Positions 8,201-17,754 are shown, numbered from the stretch's first letter. The stretch: DNA of 55,669 nucleotides from Pseudomonadota bacterium (GCA_021325135.1 JAJPHT010000028.1:1-55669); one strand, 5' to 3'. Numbers and translations are program-made. The notes: generated by a model from the sequence alone, not told the origin.

Positions 8201-11200
8201 CCGACGGCTGGGCGGTGCAGCACGGCTTCTCGCCCCTCCAGCCCGGCGACTGGCAGGCCGCCTACGGCTACGGCCGCCCCGCGTGGTGGAGCGAGCCCCT
8301 GGACGGCGTGTGGCACTGGGGCCTGGAGCCGGGCCAGACCGCCACGCGCGACATGGACAAGGACGGCCTGGACGACTTCAACGGGGAGGACCCCATCCCC
8401 ATCGCGAACCCGCACAACGTCCTCCCCCTGGGCGACCCCACGGAGCCCGGCATCAGCGCGCTGGACCGCCTGATGCGCTCGCAGGCCTACGGCGAGCCGC
8501 GCAACGCGACGCCGGTCCCCGACCGCATCGGCACGACGCTCCAACTGGACCCGCTGCCCCCCTCGCTGGACACCAACGGCACGGCCCTCTTCTCGGGCAA
8601 TCTCACGACGACGCGCAACGAGCCCGTGGCCAACGCCACCGTGCTCCTCTCGCTGGGCACGCGCGACCTCGTGCTGGGCGTCGCCATCACCAACGAGACG
8701 GGAGGCTTCCGCGCGCCCGTCCTCCTCGCCACCAGCCTCCACGCGCCGGATGATAGCAACGGCATCCCCGTCTTCGGCCGCTCCGACGGGCAGGGCGTCC
8801 ACGACAACGACGCGAAGCTCCTGGGCGCCAGCGACCCCACGCGCAGCGCGACGCTCTTCGCGTGGGCGTACAACGTCTCCCCCTTCGAGGGCGGCCGCCA
8901 GGGCGCGGCGCACCACCTCACCGACAAGACCACGGCGCGCGGCGTCCTGGGCAGCCAGAGCGCGTCCCAGACGACGCGGCTCAACCTCTCCACGACCCTC
9001 GCGCTGGTGACGCCCGCCGAGGTCCGCGCGGGCGACGCGGCCGCGGTCAACGCCACGCTCCTCGACGGCCTCGGGCGGCCGGTCCCCGGCGCGCTCGTCG
9101 ACGTGGAGCCCGTGGGCGCCACGGCGCGCACGGGCGACAACGGCACCGTCAACCTCACCGTCCTCCCGCAGGGCCTCGGCCCGTGGAACGTCTCCGTCTC
9201 CTTCGCGGGCGACGGCGGCCTCCTCCCCAGCAGCGTGAACGGCACCATCAGCGTGCGCGAGCCCACCCTCCTCTCCTTCACGCGCGGCTCCGCCCAGTCG
9301 CGCCCCGGCCAGACCCTCGCGCTTCCCGGCATCCTCCTCGCCCTCAACGGAACGGCGATCCCCAACGCGCCCGTGGACGTCTCGTTCGACGGCGAGCACG
9401 TCGCCGCGACGACGAAGGCGGACGGCAGCTTCGACGCCTCCTTCGACGTGTCCCCCGGGGCCGAGCCCGGCGACGCCCTTGCGCGCGTCTCCTTTGGAGG
9501 CGACGACCTCCTCGCGCCCTCCGCGGCCAACCTCTCCATCCAGGTCGTGGGTGTCCCGACGTGGCGCGTGCAGGACGTGGTCGCTCCCGCCTCCGACCCC
9601 GGCGACCTCGCGGCGCGCCTCGTCGACGCCTCCGACCGGCCCATCCCCAACGCCAGCGTGACGCTCCTCGTGGAGGGCCGCCTCCTGGCGAACCGCACCA
9701 ACGAGGGCGGCCTCGCCATCTTCCCCCTCGCGGACCTGGGCCTCGCCGCCGGCACGCACACCCTGGTCCTGGGCTACTCCGACCCCGTGCAGGGCTCCGA
9801 CGACGCGCCCGTCACGGTCACCCTCTTCTCCCCCACCACGCTCTCCCTCGACGCGGCCACCCTGGTGCGCGGCGCCCCCTCGCCCATCGAGGGGCGCCTC
9901 ACCGCCGGGGGCGCCGCGGTGCCGGGCGCCTTCGTGCGCGTCTCCCTGGGGGACGCCTCCGTGCGCGCCCGCACCGACGCGGACGGCCGCTTCGAGGCGC
10001 CCCTCCTCCTGGGCAACGAGACGCCCCTGGGACCCGCCCTCGTGGAGGCGAGCTACCCCGGCACCGCGGACGGCATCCTGCTCTCCACCAACCTCACGCA
10101 CGCCGCGAAGGTGGAGGACGCCGCGACGCTCACGCTCTCCGACGCCTCGGTGAAGCTGCGCGCCCCAATCCTCGAAGGGAAGGTCAAGACGCTCCTGGGC
10201 GACGCACTCCCCGACCGCTCGCTGGGCCTCACCCCCGCGGGCGGAGGCCGGACCGAGGCCGTGAGCGCCACCGACGGCTCCTTCGCCGCGCGCCTCAACG
10301 TCTCGCCCGCCACCCCGCTGGGCCCCCTCCAGATCGCCGTCTCCATGCCCTCGGAGGACTCGCTCGTGGGCATCGACCAGGAGGTCGCCCTGCTCCTGCG
10401 CGACGACGGCACGATCAACGCCTCGGTCCCCGCCACCGCGACGCTGGGCGATCCGCTCCCCTTCGACGCGCAGGTCGTGGACAGCGTGGGCCGGCCCGTC
10501 CCCGACGCCAAGCTCCGCGTCACGCTGGACGGGGTCCCCATGGGCGTGCTCGCGCCGGGCGCGCAGCCCCTCGCGCTCCCCAAGGGCGCGACGCTGGGCC
10601 AGCACACCCTCCAGATCGCCGCCGTCTCGCGCCTCGTGGACGCGCAGCCCGCGAGCTTCCCCCTCCTCCTCCGCGAGGCCGCCGCGCTGCGCGTCGTCTC
10701 GCTGGACCCCGGCGTCTCGGGCGGCACGGGGCGCGTGACGCTGCACCTGGCCACCGACGCCGCGCCGCTGGCGGGCCGCAGCGTGCTCGTCACCGGCGTC
10801 TCGCAGGCCGCGCTCAACGTCACCACCGACGCCCACGGCGACGCCGTCGTCACGCTCCCCGCGGGCCTGCGCCCCGGCTCCGTGCTCCAGATGGCCTTCG
10901 GCGGCGACGGGGGCGCCAGCGCCGCGGTCGTCACCGCGCGCGTCCCCGTCGCGGGCAGCGCCGTCGAGCCGGCGCGCGCCTCGCTCCTCGTCCCCATCCT
11001 CGGGGGCGCGCTCCTCCTGCTCGTCGTCGCGGCGCTCCTTCTCTGGCGCTACCGCGCGACGCCCGCCGAGCGCGCGCAGCGCGTCCTGCGCGAGACGGCG
11101 CGCGCCCTGCGCGACCCGCGCGCCGACATCGCGATCCTCCACCAGAGCTACAAGCGCCTGCTGCGCCTCGCGGGCCTGGACGAGGACTCCGCCGAGCGCC

Positions 11201-11424
11201 TCACCTTCGCCGACATCATGCACCGCATCGCGCCCTCCACCGACGGCGCGCGCGGCGCCATCCTCACGCTCACCGAGATCTACAACCACGCGGTGTACGC
11301 GCCGCACCTCGTCGATCGCGAGAGCCTCGTCGCCGCGGCCGACGCCTTGAGCCAGATCGCGGCCGAGATCGACCCCACGCAGGGCCCGCTGCCCCCTGAA
11401 GGGGCTCCGGAGGTGGCCCCGTGA
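5245..11424 (+). CDS. Giant membrane-anchored protein: many DxDGDG Ca-binding repeats, Ig-like domains, C-terminal TM and DUF4129-like tail
   Basis: Repeated DTDGDG/DSDGDG motifs (TSP3/binary-toxin-like), Ig-like beta-sandwich stretch, TM LLVPILGGALLLLVVAALLLW, tail with LTEIYNHAVYA. Confidence 0.85.
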   Translation: MSGKEPRGRRGRAARWRPQHVRWASLALAALAVCLLLGSALLLHLQQPTLPAAASQVSAPDLDHDGIPDAVENAILGTDPHARTTVGALPGAWVADHALDITDPNLPNETAPYPRPPDSPAVYGPAGLPAEYRMTLAQVYAYGRPATWDETKDGLWGSGLDPKRWDVNGTGVPYSWLIHFGLDPKDATLLDKVPSAPGVHWTPREAYQRGLSPVSADGDADGLLDEAELQRGTSPRLYSTTGSGIADGWLVLHGFDPLDPAVPYQDTDHDGLTNLEEFQASMRLDAKGTLEGKGLDPRSQSTGGSGIPDGWLVKHGLNPLEPGVGARVTEAETLKRANGTQEHVELTVKDEYAVNRPPSWNESVNGPWWGGTDPTKSDTDGDGLTDLEEILGFDIRVGQATKHVVSDPTKGDTDGDGLPAPAEVNGRFRNVTFSPTDPSSPDTDGDGLTDGQELGIEPYQGVTLPVLNPNEPDSDHDGVRDGEEAGYWIHRYQDAKAAPTAPYPGGPPDAKTTLRDVFAKPGEGDSVWIARFMPGGDLDGDGIPNLLDPDSDGDGLLDGWEVHPEQYRSTQFASDQPRSASDPANADTDRDGLPDGWEVQYGAFDSSLHGWNLDPAKWSSFGDGASDADKDLDGDSITWYSYAQTPTGMKGTAHQFVASNLVEYKAGSDPNRRSSSPDGIPDGWKIFWGSAYIGLSREDRGVVYPGAPGDFSLPSGVAPPRIGADDRRPGDTLTYRRYQPANATDRLPWETVVDTQPAFKDDAGNPAGYRLLAGTVTKDYAGSAENGTNPYVPDTDGDGMPDLWEGVWARLSLAKDHVSPVVPDASGDPDHDTVKNLDEYRAGTDPYRADSDFGGATDDVEITLHLNPMLPGDDAKALDSKTDTDGDGIPDVLERLGQVGADGHRIVTDPNDMDTDHDGLLDGKAWSQVHGRVLRLANAADNATAKALAARGLTVIVAGDGTADVPGEESVGSDPTQWSTSGTGIPDGWAVQHGFSPLQPGDWQAAYGYGRPAWWSEPLDGVWHWGLEPGQTATRDMDKDGLDDFNGEDPIPIANPHNVLPLGDPTEPGISALDRLMRSQAYGEPRNATPVPDRIGTTLQLDPLPPSLDTNGTALFSGNLTTTRNEPVANATVLLSLGTRDLVLGVAITNETGGFRAPVLLATSLHAPDDSNGIPVFGRSDGQGVHDNDAKLLGASDPTRSATLFAWAYNVSPFEGGRQGAAHHLTDKTTARGVLGSQSASQTTRLNLSTTLALVTPAEVRAGDAAAVNATLLDGLGRPVPGALVDVEPVGATARTGDNGTVNLTVLPQGLGPWNVSVSFAGDGGLLPSSVNGTISVREPTLLSFTRGSAQSRPGQTLALPGILLALNGTAIPNAPVDVSFDGEHVAATTKADGSFDASFDVSPGAEPGDALARVSFGGDDLLAPSAANLSIQVVGVPTWRVQDVVAPASDPGDLAARLVDASDRPIPNASVTLLVEGRLLANRTNEGGLAIFPLADLGLAAGTHTLVLGYSDPVQGSDDAPVTVTLFSPTTLSLDAATLVRGAPSPIEGRLTAGGAAVPGAFVRVSLGDASVRARTDADGRFEAPLLLGNETPLGPALVEASYPGTADGILLSTNLTHAAKVEDAATLTLSDASVKLRAPILEGKVKTLLGDALPDRSLGLTPAGGGRTEAVSATDGSFAARLNVSPATPLGPLQIAVSMPSEDSLVGIDQEVALLLRDDGTINASVPATATLGDPLPFDAQVVDSVGRPVPDAKLRVTLDGVPMGVLAPGAQPLALPKGATLGQHTLQIAAVSRLVDAQPASFPLLLREAAALRVVSLDPGVSGGTGRVTLHLATDAAPLAGRSVLVTGVSQAALNVTTDAHGDAVVTLPAGLRPGSVLQMAFGGDGGASAAVVTARVPVAGSAVEPARASLLVPILGGALLLLVVAALLLWRYRATPAERAQRVLRETARALRDPRADIAILHQSYKRLLRLAGLDEDSAERLTFADIMHRIAPSTDGARGAILTLTEIYNHAVYAPHLVDRESLVAAADALSQIAAEIDPTQGPLPPEGAPEVAP

Positions 11425-12335
11425 AGGTCGTGGCGATCGTCCTTGCCGCCCTCTGCCTCCTCTCGGGCGCCTACGTCGTCGCCGCGCAGGTCGCGGCGGC
11501 GCAGCGCGCGCCCACCGCGCTGGAGCAATCGCTGGGCTCGGGGGGCCTGCGCGTCGAGCGCGCGGTGGCGAGCCCGCTCCCCGTGCTGGAGCGCCCCAGC
11601 GGCGCGCCCGAGGTCGTCGTGCTCGCGGGAGCGGGCGCCATCCCCGCCGCGGAGCGCGCGGGCCTCGCCTCCTTCGTCAAGTCCGGCGGCGAGGTGTGGG
11701 TCGTCGGCTCCTCGCCGCAGCCCGCGCAGCTTGGCGCCGGCGACGCGTGGGCGCTCCAGGTGCTCGCGGGCCAGATCGTCGCCTCCGACACCGCCGCGCC
11801 CGCGCTCGCCACCGCCTCGGGCGCCAAGGTCCACGTCGAGGGCGCGCTGGCCCTGGGCGCCGCCGGCTCCGCGTTCTCGCCCTACCTGCGCGCGCCCCTG
11901 GAGTCGTTCCGCGACTCCAACGGCGACGGCCGCCTCAACGAGGGCGAGCCCTCCGGCCCCTTCCTCGCGGGCGTCACCGCCAAGCTGGGGCAGGGCCGCC
12001 TCGTCTTCCTCCCCTCCGACTCGCCCGCGGGCGTGCTCACGCCCGACCTCGTAGGCGACCTCCTCAAGGGCCGCCAGGGCGTGCGCGCACTGGTGGTCGA
12101 CCACTCCGCCATCGCCGCGTGGCAGGTCCCCGCCGCCACGCTCCTTGAAGAGGCGGCCACGCTGGGCCAGCCCTGGATCGGCGTCGCCCTCCTCGCCCTG
12201 GGCGTTGCGGCCTCCCTGGGCCTGGTCCTGGCGCGCGTCGCCGCCTCGAAGGAGGAGGACAAGGCGGCCCTCCTCATCCAACGCCTCGCCTACCCTGACG
12301 CTTCCCCCGACGAACCTGGAGACTCATCGTCATGA
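11421..12335 (+). CDS. Membrane/secreted protein, DUF4350-like (GATase-like fold)
   Basis: GTGA overlap; LASFVKSGGEVWVVG, DSNGDG, LGQGRLVFL; C-terminal TM; position in a MoxR operon. Confidence 0.6.
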   Translation: MKVVAIVLAALCLLSGAYVVAAQVAAAQRAPTALEQSLGSGGLRVERAVASPLPVLERPSGAPEVVVLAGAGAIPAAERAGLASFVKSGGEVWVVGSSPQPAQLGAGDAWALQVLAGQIVASDTAAPALATASGAKVHVEGALALGAAGSAFSPYLRAPLESFRDSNGDGRLNEGEPSGPFLAGVTAKLGQGRLVFLPSDSPAGVLTPDLVGDLLKGRQGVRALVVDHSAIAAWQVPAATLLEEAATLGQPWIGVALLALGVAASLGLVLARVAASKEEDKAALLIQRLAYPDASPDEPGDSSS

Positions 12336-13345
12336 CCGCACCCCTGCCACGCCCCATCGCCCCCGCCGCGCCCGCCTCGAAGCCCAACGTGGCCCTCGTC
12401 CAGCGAACCGTCGAGGGCATCCTGGGCCAGGTTCGCCAGGTGATCGTCGGCAAGCATCAGGTGCTCCGCTACGTCGCCGCGGGCATCGTGACCGAAGGCT
12501 GCCACATCCTCTTCGAGGACATGCCCGGCCTCGCCAAGTCCGTCATGGCCAACGCGGTCAGCCAGGCCGCGGGCTGCGAGTTCCGCCGCATCCAGTTCAC
12601 GCCCGACCTCCTGCCTGGTGATATCACAGGCACCTCCATCTACAGCGCCCAGGAGGGGAAGTTCAGCTTCCGCGCCGGCCCCATCTTCTGCAACTTCCTG
12701 CTGGCGGACGAGATCAACCGCGCCTCGCCCAAGACGCAGTCGGCGCTCCTGGAGGCCATGGCCGAGAAGCAGGTGTCCGTCGAAGGCACCACCATGCGCC
12801 TCCCCGTGCCCTTCATGGTGCTCGCCACGCAGAACCCCGTGGAGCAGGAAGGCACGTACCCGCTCCCCGAGGCGCAGCTGGACCGCTTCATGCTGAAGCT
12901 CAGCATGGGCTACCCCAGCCGCGACGAGGAGAAGGAGATCCTCATGCGGCGCGCGAAACGTGGCAAGGACAGCTTCGAGGTGAAGCCCGTCTCCAGCCCC
13001 GAGCAGCTCAAGCAGATGGCGGCCATCGTCGAGCAGATCCACGTGAGCCCCGCCATCTACGACTACATCGCGGACATCATCGACAAGACGCGCACGCACC
13101 CCGACCTGCACGCCGGCGCCTCGCCCCGCGGCAGCCTCGCGCTCTTCAAGCTCTCCCGCTCGTGGGCCGCAATCCACGGCCGCACCTACGTCACCGCCGA
13201 CGACGTGCGGGACCTCATCATGCCCGTGCTCGCGCACCGCGTCATCCTCCGCCCCGAGGCGCGCCTCGCGGGCAAGAACGGCAGCTCGGTCATGCGCGAC
13301 ATCATCGAGTCGACGCCCGTCCCGAAGTTCACGGTGTCCCCATGA
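12332..13345 (+). CDS. moxR: MoxR-family AAA+ ATPase
   Basis: HILFEDMPGLAKS (Walker A variant), RIQFTPDLLPGDITG, LLADEINRASPKTQSALLEAM, ATQNPVEQEGTYPLPEAQLDRF. Confidence 0.97.
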   Translation: MTAPLPRPIAPAAPASKPNVALVQRTVEGILGQVRQVIVGKHQVLRYVAAGIVTEGCHILFEDMPGLAKSVMANAVSQAAGCEFRRIQFTPDLLPGDITGTSIYSAQEGKFSFRAGPIFCNFLLADEINRASPKTQSALLEAMAEKQVSVEGTTMRLPVPFMVLATQNPVEQEGTYPLPEAQLDRFMLKLSMGYPSRDEEKEILMRRAKRGKDSFEVKPVSSPEQLKQMAAIVEQIHVSPAIYDYIADIIDKTRTHPDLHAGASPRGSLALFKLSRSWAAIHGRTYVTADDVRDLIMPVLAHRVILRPEARLAGKNGSSVMRDIIESTPVPKFTVSP

Positions 13346-14565
13346 GGCTCACGGGCGGCGGTCGCGCCGCGTTGGTCCTGGGCGTCCTCGCATGGGGCGC
13401 CGCCTTCGCGCTCTCCAGCGTCACCGCCGCCCTCGTCGCCGCCGCCGTCTCCCTCGCCTTCGCCTACGCGCTGGCCACGCTGCGCCCTCCCCGCGTCGAG
13501 GTGGAGCGCAAGGTGGAGCGCGCGCGATATCAGGAGGGCGAGCGCGTCTCCGAGACGCTCACCCTGCGCGTCGTCTCGCCCCGCGCGTTCAGCGCCAGCG
13601 TGGAGGAGCGCGCGAGCCCCGGCCTCGTCTCCCCCGACGCCAGGTGGCGCGCGCGCCTGCGCAGCCGCGAGCCCCACGTCCGCACGCTCGCCTGGGAGGC
13701 GCGCACCTGGGGCGCCAAGACGCTGGGGCCCTTGACCGTCGTCGTGCAGGACCCGCTCCACCTGCTGGAGCTGGAGGTCGTGGAGGGCGTCGGCCAGCCG
13801 CTTCGCGTCATCCCCTCGGTCCACTCGCTGGGCAAGTTCCGCCCCCGCGCCGGCAACCCCGAGCCCGCGCTGGGCGTCCACAGCGTCAGCAAGCCGGGCG
13901 ACGGCTTCGAGTTCTTCGCGCTGCGCGAGTACCAGCCCGGCGACAACATCCGCCGCATCAACTGGAAGGCCAGCGCGCGCAGCAGCAGCACCGTGGTCAA
14001 CCAGGTGACGCGCGACAGCTTCGCCCGCGTCGTCCTCGTCCTCGACGTGCGCGACAAGGAGGCCCTGGGCGAGCACGAGGCCAGCGCGCGGGTGCGCTCG
14101 GGCCGCGCCGCCGCTGCGGTGCTGGGCATGCACGACCGCATGAAGGACCACCTCACCGTCCTCTGTGTCGGCGACTCGCCGCGCAAGCTCTCCATGGCCG
14201 CGAACCCGCGCCTCAACGACCTGCTGAACGAGCTTTCCGAGGCGCCCCTGGGCGGCATGGGCTCCCTGGAGGAGGCCGTGCGCCAGAACCTCACGCGCTT
14301 CCGCCCGCGCTCGCCCGTCTACCTCGTCACGAGCGGCGTGCTCGACTCCGAGCTCGCCCGCGCCATCACGCTCATCCAGGCGCTCCGCGCCAACCCCATC
14401 CTCATCAGCCCCGCGCCCGAAGGCGCGCTCTGCGCCGACGCCGCGCTGGACGAGGCCGCGAAGCGCAGCCGCGAGGACGCCCTCGCCAAGGCGCGCTCGC
14501 TGGGCATCCGCGTCATCGACTGGCCCGCCGGCCAGAGCCTGGAGGTGGCGCTTGCCGTCGCGTGA
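13342..14565 (+). CDS. DUF58 domain protein
   Basis: GFEFFALREYQPGDNIRRINWKASAR signature; ATGA overlap with moxR. Confidence 0.92.
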   Translation: MRLTGGGRAALVLGVLAWGAAFALSSVTAALVAAAVSLAFAYALATLRPPRVEVERKVERARYQEGERVSETLTLRVVSPRAFSASVEERASPGLVSPDARWRARLRSREPHVRTLAWEARTWGAKTLGPLTVVVQDPLHLLELEVVEGVGQPLRVIPSVHSLGKFRPRAGNPEPALGVHSVSKPGDGFEFFALREYQPGDNIRRINWKASARSSSTVVNQVTRDSFARVVLVLDVRDKEALGEHEASARVRSGRAAAAVLGMHDRMKDHLTVLCVGDSPRKLSMAANPRLNDLLNELSEAPLGGMGSLEEAVRQNLTRFRPRSPVYLVTSGVLDSELARAITLIQALRANPILISPAPEGALCADAALDEAAKRSREDALAKARSLGIRVIDWPAGQSLEVALAVA

Positions 14566-15016
14566 GCGCTGGATCGCCGGGGGCACGGCCCTCGCCGCGG
14601 CCCTCCTCGCCGCCTACGCCGGCCCCAGCGCGGCGAGCCTGCGCGGCCTCGCGGGCGTCGGCGCCTTCCTCGCCCTCGCCATCGTGGCGCTCGTCCCCGC
14701 CGCCCCCGCGTGGGCGGGCGTCGCGCTGGCGGCGCTGGCGTGCGGCCTCGCCGACGCGCCCCTTCCCTGGAGCGGCGCCCTCGCCGCGCTCGCCCTCGTC
14801 TCGTGCCTGCACCTGGGCGAGCGCGCGCCGCGCCCCCACGTCGCCGCGCTCCTCGCGGCCCTCGTCATCGTCCTCGCGCTCCTTGCGGCGCAGGCGCTCT
14901 CCCGCCTGGCGGACGCCCTCGCTCCCGCCGCCCTCGCTGCGCTCTCGCTCGCCCTCGTGGGCGCGGGCCTGCTCGTCGCGCACCTGCGCGGAACCCTCCC
15001 GGAGGCCACTCCATGA
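14552..15016 (+). CDS. Small multi-pass membrane protein
   Basis: GGAGGTG before TTG; very hydrophobic; overlaps both neighbours in the operon. Confidence 0.7.
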   Translation: MPSRERWIAGGTALAAALLAAYAGPSAASLRGLAGVGAFLALAIVALVPAAPAWAGVALAALACGLADAPLPWSGALAALALVSCLHLGERAPRPHVAALLAALVIVLALLAAQALSRLADALAPAALAALSLALVGAGLLVAHLRGTLPEATP

Positions 15017-17694
15017 ATCGCCGCGGCCTGATCCTCGTCGCCCTCCTCCTGATCCCGCTCCTCCCCGCCTCCAGCGCGCAGGTGGGCATGACCACCGACG
15101 TGCAGGCCGTCTCGCTGGGCGTCGGGCAGCAGCCCATCGTGAACCTGGAGAGCGTCGTGGGCCTCCTCGTCTCGAACCCCGGCAGCACCGACTCCTACGT
15201 CAGCGTGCGCTTCAGCTACGCCGACGGCACGCTCCTCAACGGCACCGTGCAAGGCAGCACCAACGCGCGCCTCGTCCCCGCGGGGAGCCAGGTCAACCTC
15301 ACGCTCTTCTGGACGCCCGGCCCGGACCGCGCGGGCAAGCAGACCATCCACGCGCAGCTCTCCGCCTCGGGCGACACCAACAGCAGCAACGACGCGATGG
15401 ACCTCGACGTCTTCATCCAGGCGCCCGCGTGGTCGCTCACCGTCGAGAACGCGACGAGCAACGCGACCACCATCCCCTTCGGCACCGCGTTCCTTCGCTA
15501 TCACGCCAAGAACCTGGGCAACTCCAACGACACGCCCATCATCACGCCCATCTCCTCCAACGGCTCGTGGAACGCCACCCTCCTGGGCTTCCCCGTCCCC
15601 GTGCCCCCCGGAAAGGAGGCCGTGGGCGACATCCTCCTGCTCGCGAGCACGGACAACGCGAGCTACAACGAGTCGATCAACGTCACCCTCGTCTCCGCCC
15701 TCGACGCCAACGTGCAGGTCAAGGCGCAGACCTCGGACATCCACGTCGACCAGAACGCGACGCGGCTCCAGCGCTCCTTCGAGCTCACGGGCCTCCCCGC
15801 GCAGTCGCAGATCTTCCCCGGCGAGAGCCTCAACCTCACGGGCACGCTGCGCAACACCGGCGCCGTGGACCTCGTGCTCGACGTGAACGTCTCCAACATG
15901 ACGAGCCCCGGCTGGAGCGTCGCGGTGGACGCCTACAACGGCTCGTGGGTCCAGCCCAACCAGAGCATCCCGCTCAACCTCTCCGTCGCGCTGCGGCCCG
16001 GCGAGTCGCGCGACCTGCGCTTCACCGTGAACGCCAGCGCGGCCAGCGGCGCCTCGGACGCGCTGGACCTCAACGTCACGATGCGCGACGCGCCGCTCCT
16101 GCTCGCGATCGTCCCCGAGGGCACGCGCGTCCGCGCCACGGTGGCCCTCGTCCCCTCCATCGACGACGTGCGCGTCGCCAACGTCAGCCTCCCCGAGCCC
16201 GTCTACCGCGGCGACGACATCCAGGGGCGCATCCTCGTGGAGAACCACGGCCGCGCGCCCGCCAACGCCACCAACCTCACCGTCGTCCTTTCCGACGAGC
16301 TTCGCACCCTGGGCCAGTGGACGCTCCCCGTGCCCGCCCTGGCGGCCGGCGCCTCGGCGTCCATCCCCTGGTCAACCTCCGACGCGCAGTTCTCCGGCGA
16401 CGTGACCCTCGCCGTGCGCCTGACCGGCGTCAACAGCAGCGCCCCCGAAGGCCACGCCACCGCGCACGTGCGCGACCCCGTCCTCGCCGTGCAGGCGCCC
16501 GAAGGAATCGACGTAGTGCCCGGCGGCCAGCTCAACCTCACCGGCGCGCGCGGCGGCCTCCTCGTCCACCTCAGCGGCGACCGCCCCGAGACGGTCGCGG
16601 CCACGCTCACGGGCGGCGAGCCCTGGGTGCAGGCCTCCTGGACCGTCGACGTGCCCGCCGGCGGCGACGTGGTCCTGCCGCTCCGGCTCGCGGTCCCCGA
16701 GTTCCCGCACACGACGCACGTCGACGCCACGCTGAGCGCGCAGATCGTCGCGCGCCCCCGCGTCAACGCCACCACGGCCCTGGAGATGGTGGTGGACGAC
16801 CAGGAGGGGCCCACCCTCGCGCCCGCGCCGCCCGCCAACGGCACCGCCATGGGCGCGCCCGCGCTCCTTGCCGCCACCGCGGACGATGCGACGGGCGTCG
16901 CCAGCGTCGAGGTGCTCGTGAAGACGCCCTCGGGGCAGGCGACGCTCCTCCTGCTCGCGCGCAACGCCAGCGCGCCGGGCCGCTACGAGGCGCCCTACAC
17001 CCCGCAGGAGCCCGGCGCGTACACGCTGGCCTACCGCGCCGTGGACAGCACGCCCGAGGCCCACGCCACCGCGCTGGCGCCGCTGACGTGGACCGTGAGC
17101 GGGCCCTCCTACGCGGGGTTCACCCTCCAGCCGCCGCCCAACTCCACCGTGGGCTCGCGCGTCGTGCGCGCCCTGGAGGTCGAGCCGGGCACCACCGCCA
17201 GCCTGGAGGTCGACCTGGGCGCGGGAGAGCAGCCGGTCTTCTTCCCCTACGACATCCACCTGGACGGCTGGAGCGACGGGCGCCACACGCTGACGCTCCA
17301 CGCCAGGAGCACCAAGGGCGAGGAGTGGCGCGCGACGTGGAGCCTCACGCTGGACACGACGCCCCCCGTCATCACGGGCCACAACCTCTCCGCGCAGCCC
17401 GACGGCCGCCTCGACGTGACGCTCTCCACGTTGGAGGGCGCGAACGCGTCCGCCAAGTTCCACACGCAGTCGGGCGACGTCGTCGTGCCGCTGGACGTGC
17501 GCGGAGCGGGCCGCTTCGAGGCCATCGTCGCGCCCCCCGCCGGGTGGAGCGGCGTCTCGCTGGTCGCCCAGGACAAGGCCGGCAACGTCGCCTCCGTGGA
17601 CGTCGATCGCGAAGTCGCCAAAACGCCGGGGCCCGGCCTCCTGGGCGTCGCGATGGCGGTGGCCCTCGTCGCGCTGCTGCTGCGGCGGCGCTGA
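15013..17694 (+). CDS. Cell-surface glycoprotein with CARDB/Ig-like domains and PGF-CTERM-like anchor
   Basis: Signal peptide; DTNSSND, VENHG and LRNTG Ig-like motifs; C-terminus KTPGPGLLGVAMAVALVALLLRRR. Confidence 0.85.
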   Translation: MNRRGLILVALLLIPLLPASSAQVGMTTDVQAVSLGVGQQPIVNLESVVGLLVSNPGSTDSYVSVRFSYADGTLLNGTVQGSTNARLVPAGSQVNLTLFWTPGPDRAGKQTIHAQLSASGDTNSSNDAMDLDVFIQAPAWSLTVENATSNATTIPFGTAFLRYHAKNLGNSNDTPIITPISSNGSWNATLLGFPVPVPPGKEAVGDILLLASTDNASYNESINVTLVSALDANVQVKAQTSDIHVDQNATRLQRSFELTGLPAQSQIFPGESLNLTGTLRNTGAVDLVLDVNVSNMTSPGWSVAVDAYNGSWVQPNQSIPLNLSVALRPGESRDLRFTVNASAASGASDALDLNVTMRDAPLLLAIVPEGTRVRATVALVPSIDDVRVANVSLPEPVYRGDDIQGRILVENHGRAPANATNLTVVLSDELRTLGQWTLPVPALAAGASASIPWSTSDAQFSGDVTLAVRLTGVNSSAPEGHATAHVRDPVLAVQAPEGIDVVPGGQLNLTGARGGLLVHLSGDRPETVAATLTGGEPWVQASWTVDVPAGGDVVLPLRLAVPEFPHTTHVDATLSAQIVARPRVNATTALEMVVDDQEGPTLAPAPPANGTAMGAPALLAATADDATGVASVEVLVKTPSGQATLLLLARNASAPGRYEAPYTPQEPGAYTLAYRAVDSTPEAHATALAPLTWTVSGPSYAGFTLQPPPNSTVGSRVVRALEVEPGTTASLEVDLGAGEQPVFFPYDIHLDGWSDGRHTLTLHARSTKGEEWRATWSLTLDTTPPVITGHNLSAQPDGRLDVTLSTLEGANASAKFHTQSGDVVVPLDVRGAGRFEAIVAPPAGWSGVSLVAQDKAGNVASVDVDREVAKTPGPGLLGVAMAVALVALLLRRR

Positions 17695-17754
17695 GGGCGA
17701 CGGAGCCCCCGGGGCCAGAACATTCATCTCGCCCAAGCCAGAGAGCCCTTCCGC

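Noticed and set aside
5233-11307. 2024-aa ORF on the minus strand, and similar long shadow ORFs (13392-18182, 43399-47049, 50379-53276)
   Set aside because: Antisense or off-frame shadows of real GC3-rich genes; low-complexity Arg/Ala/Gly/Val translations without motifs
12526-12543. Walker A variant PGLAKS as a sign of an inactive MoxR
   Set aside because: PGLAK[TS] is a normal MoxR-family variant
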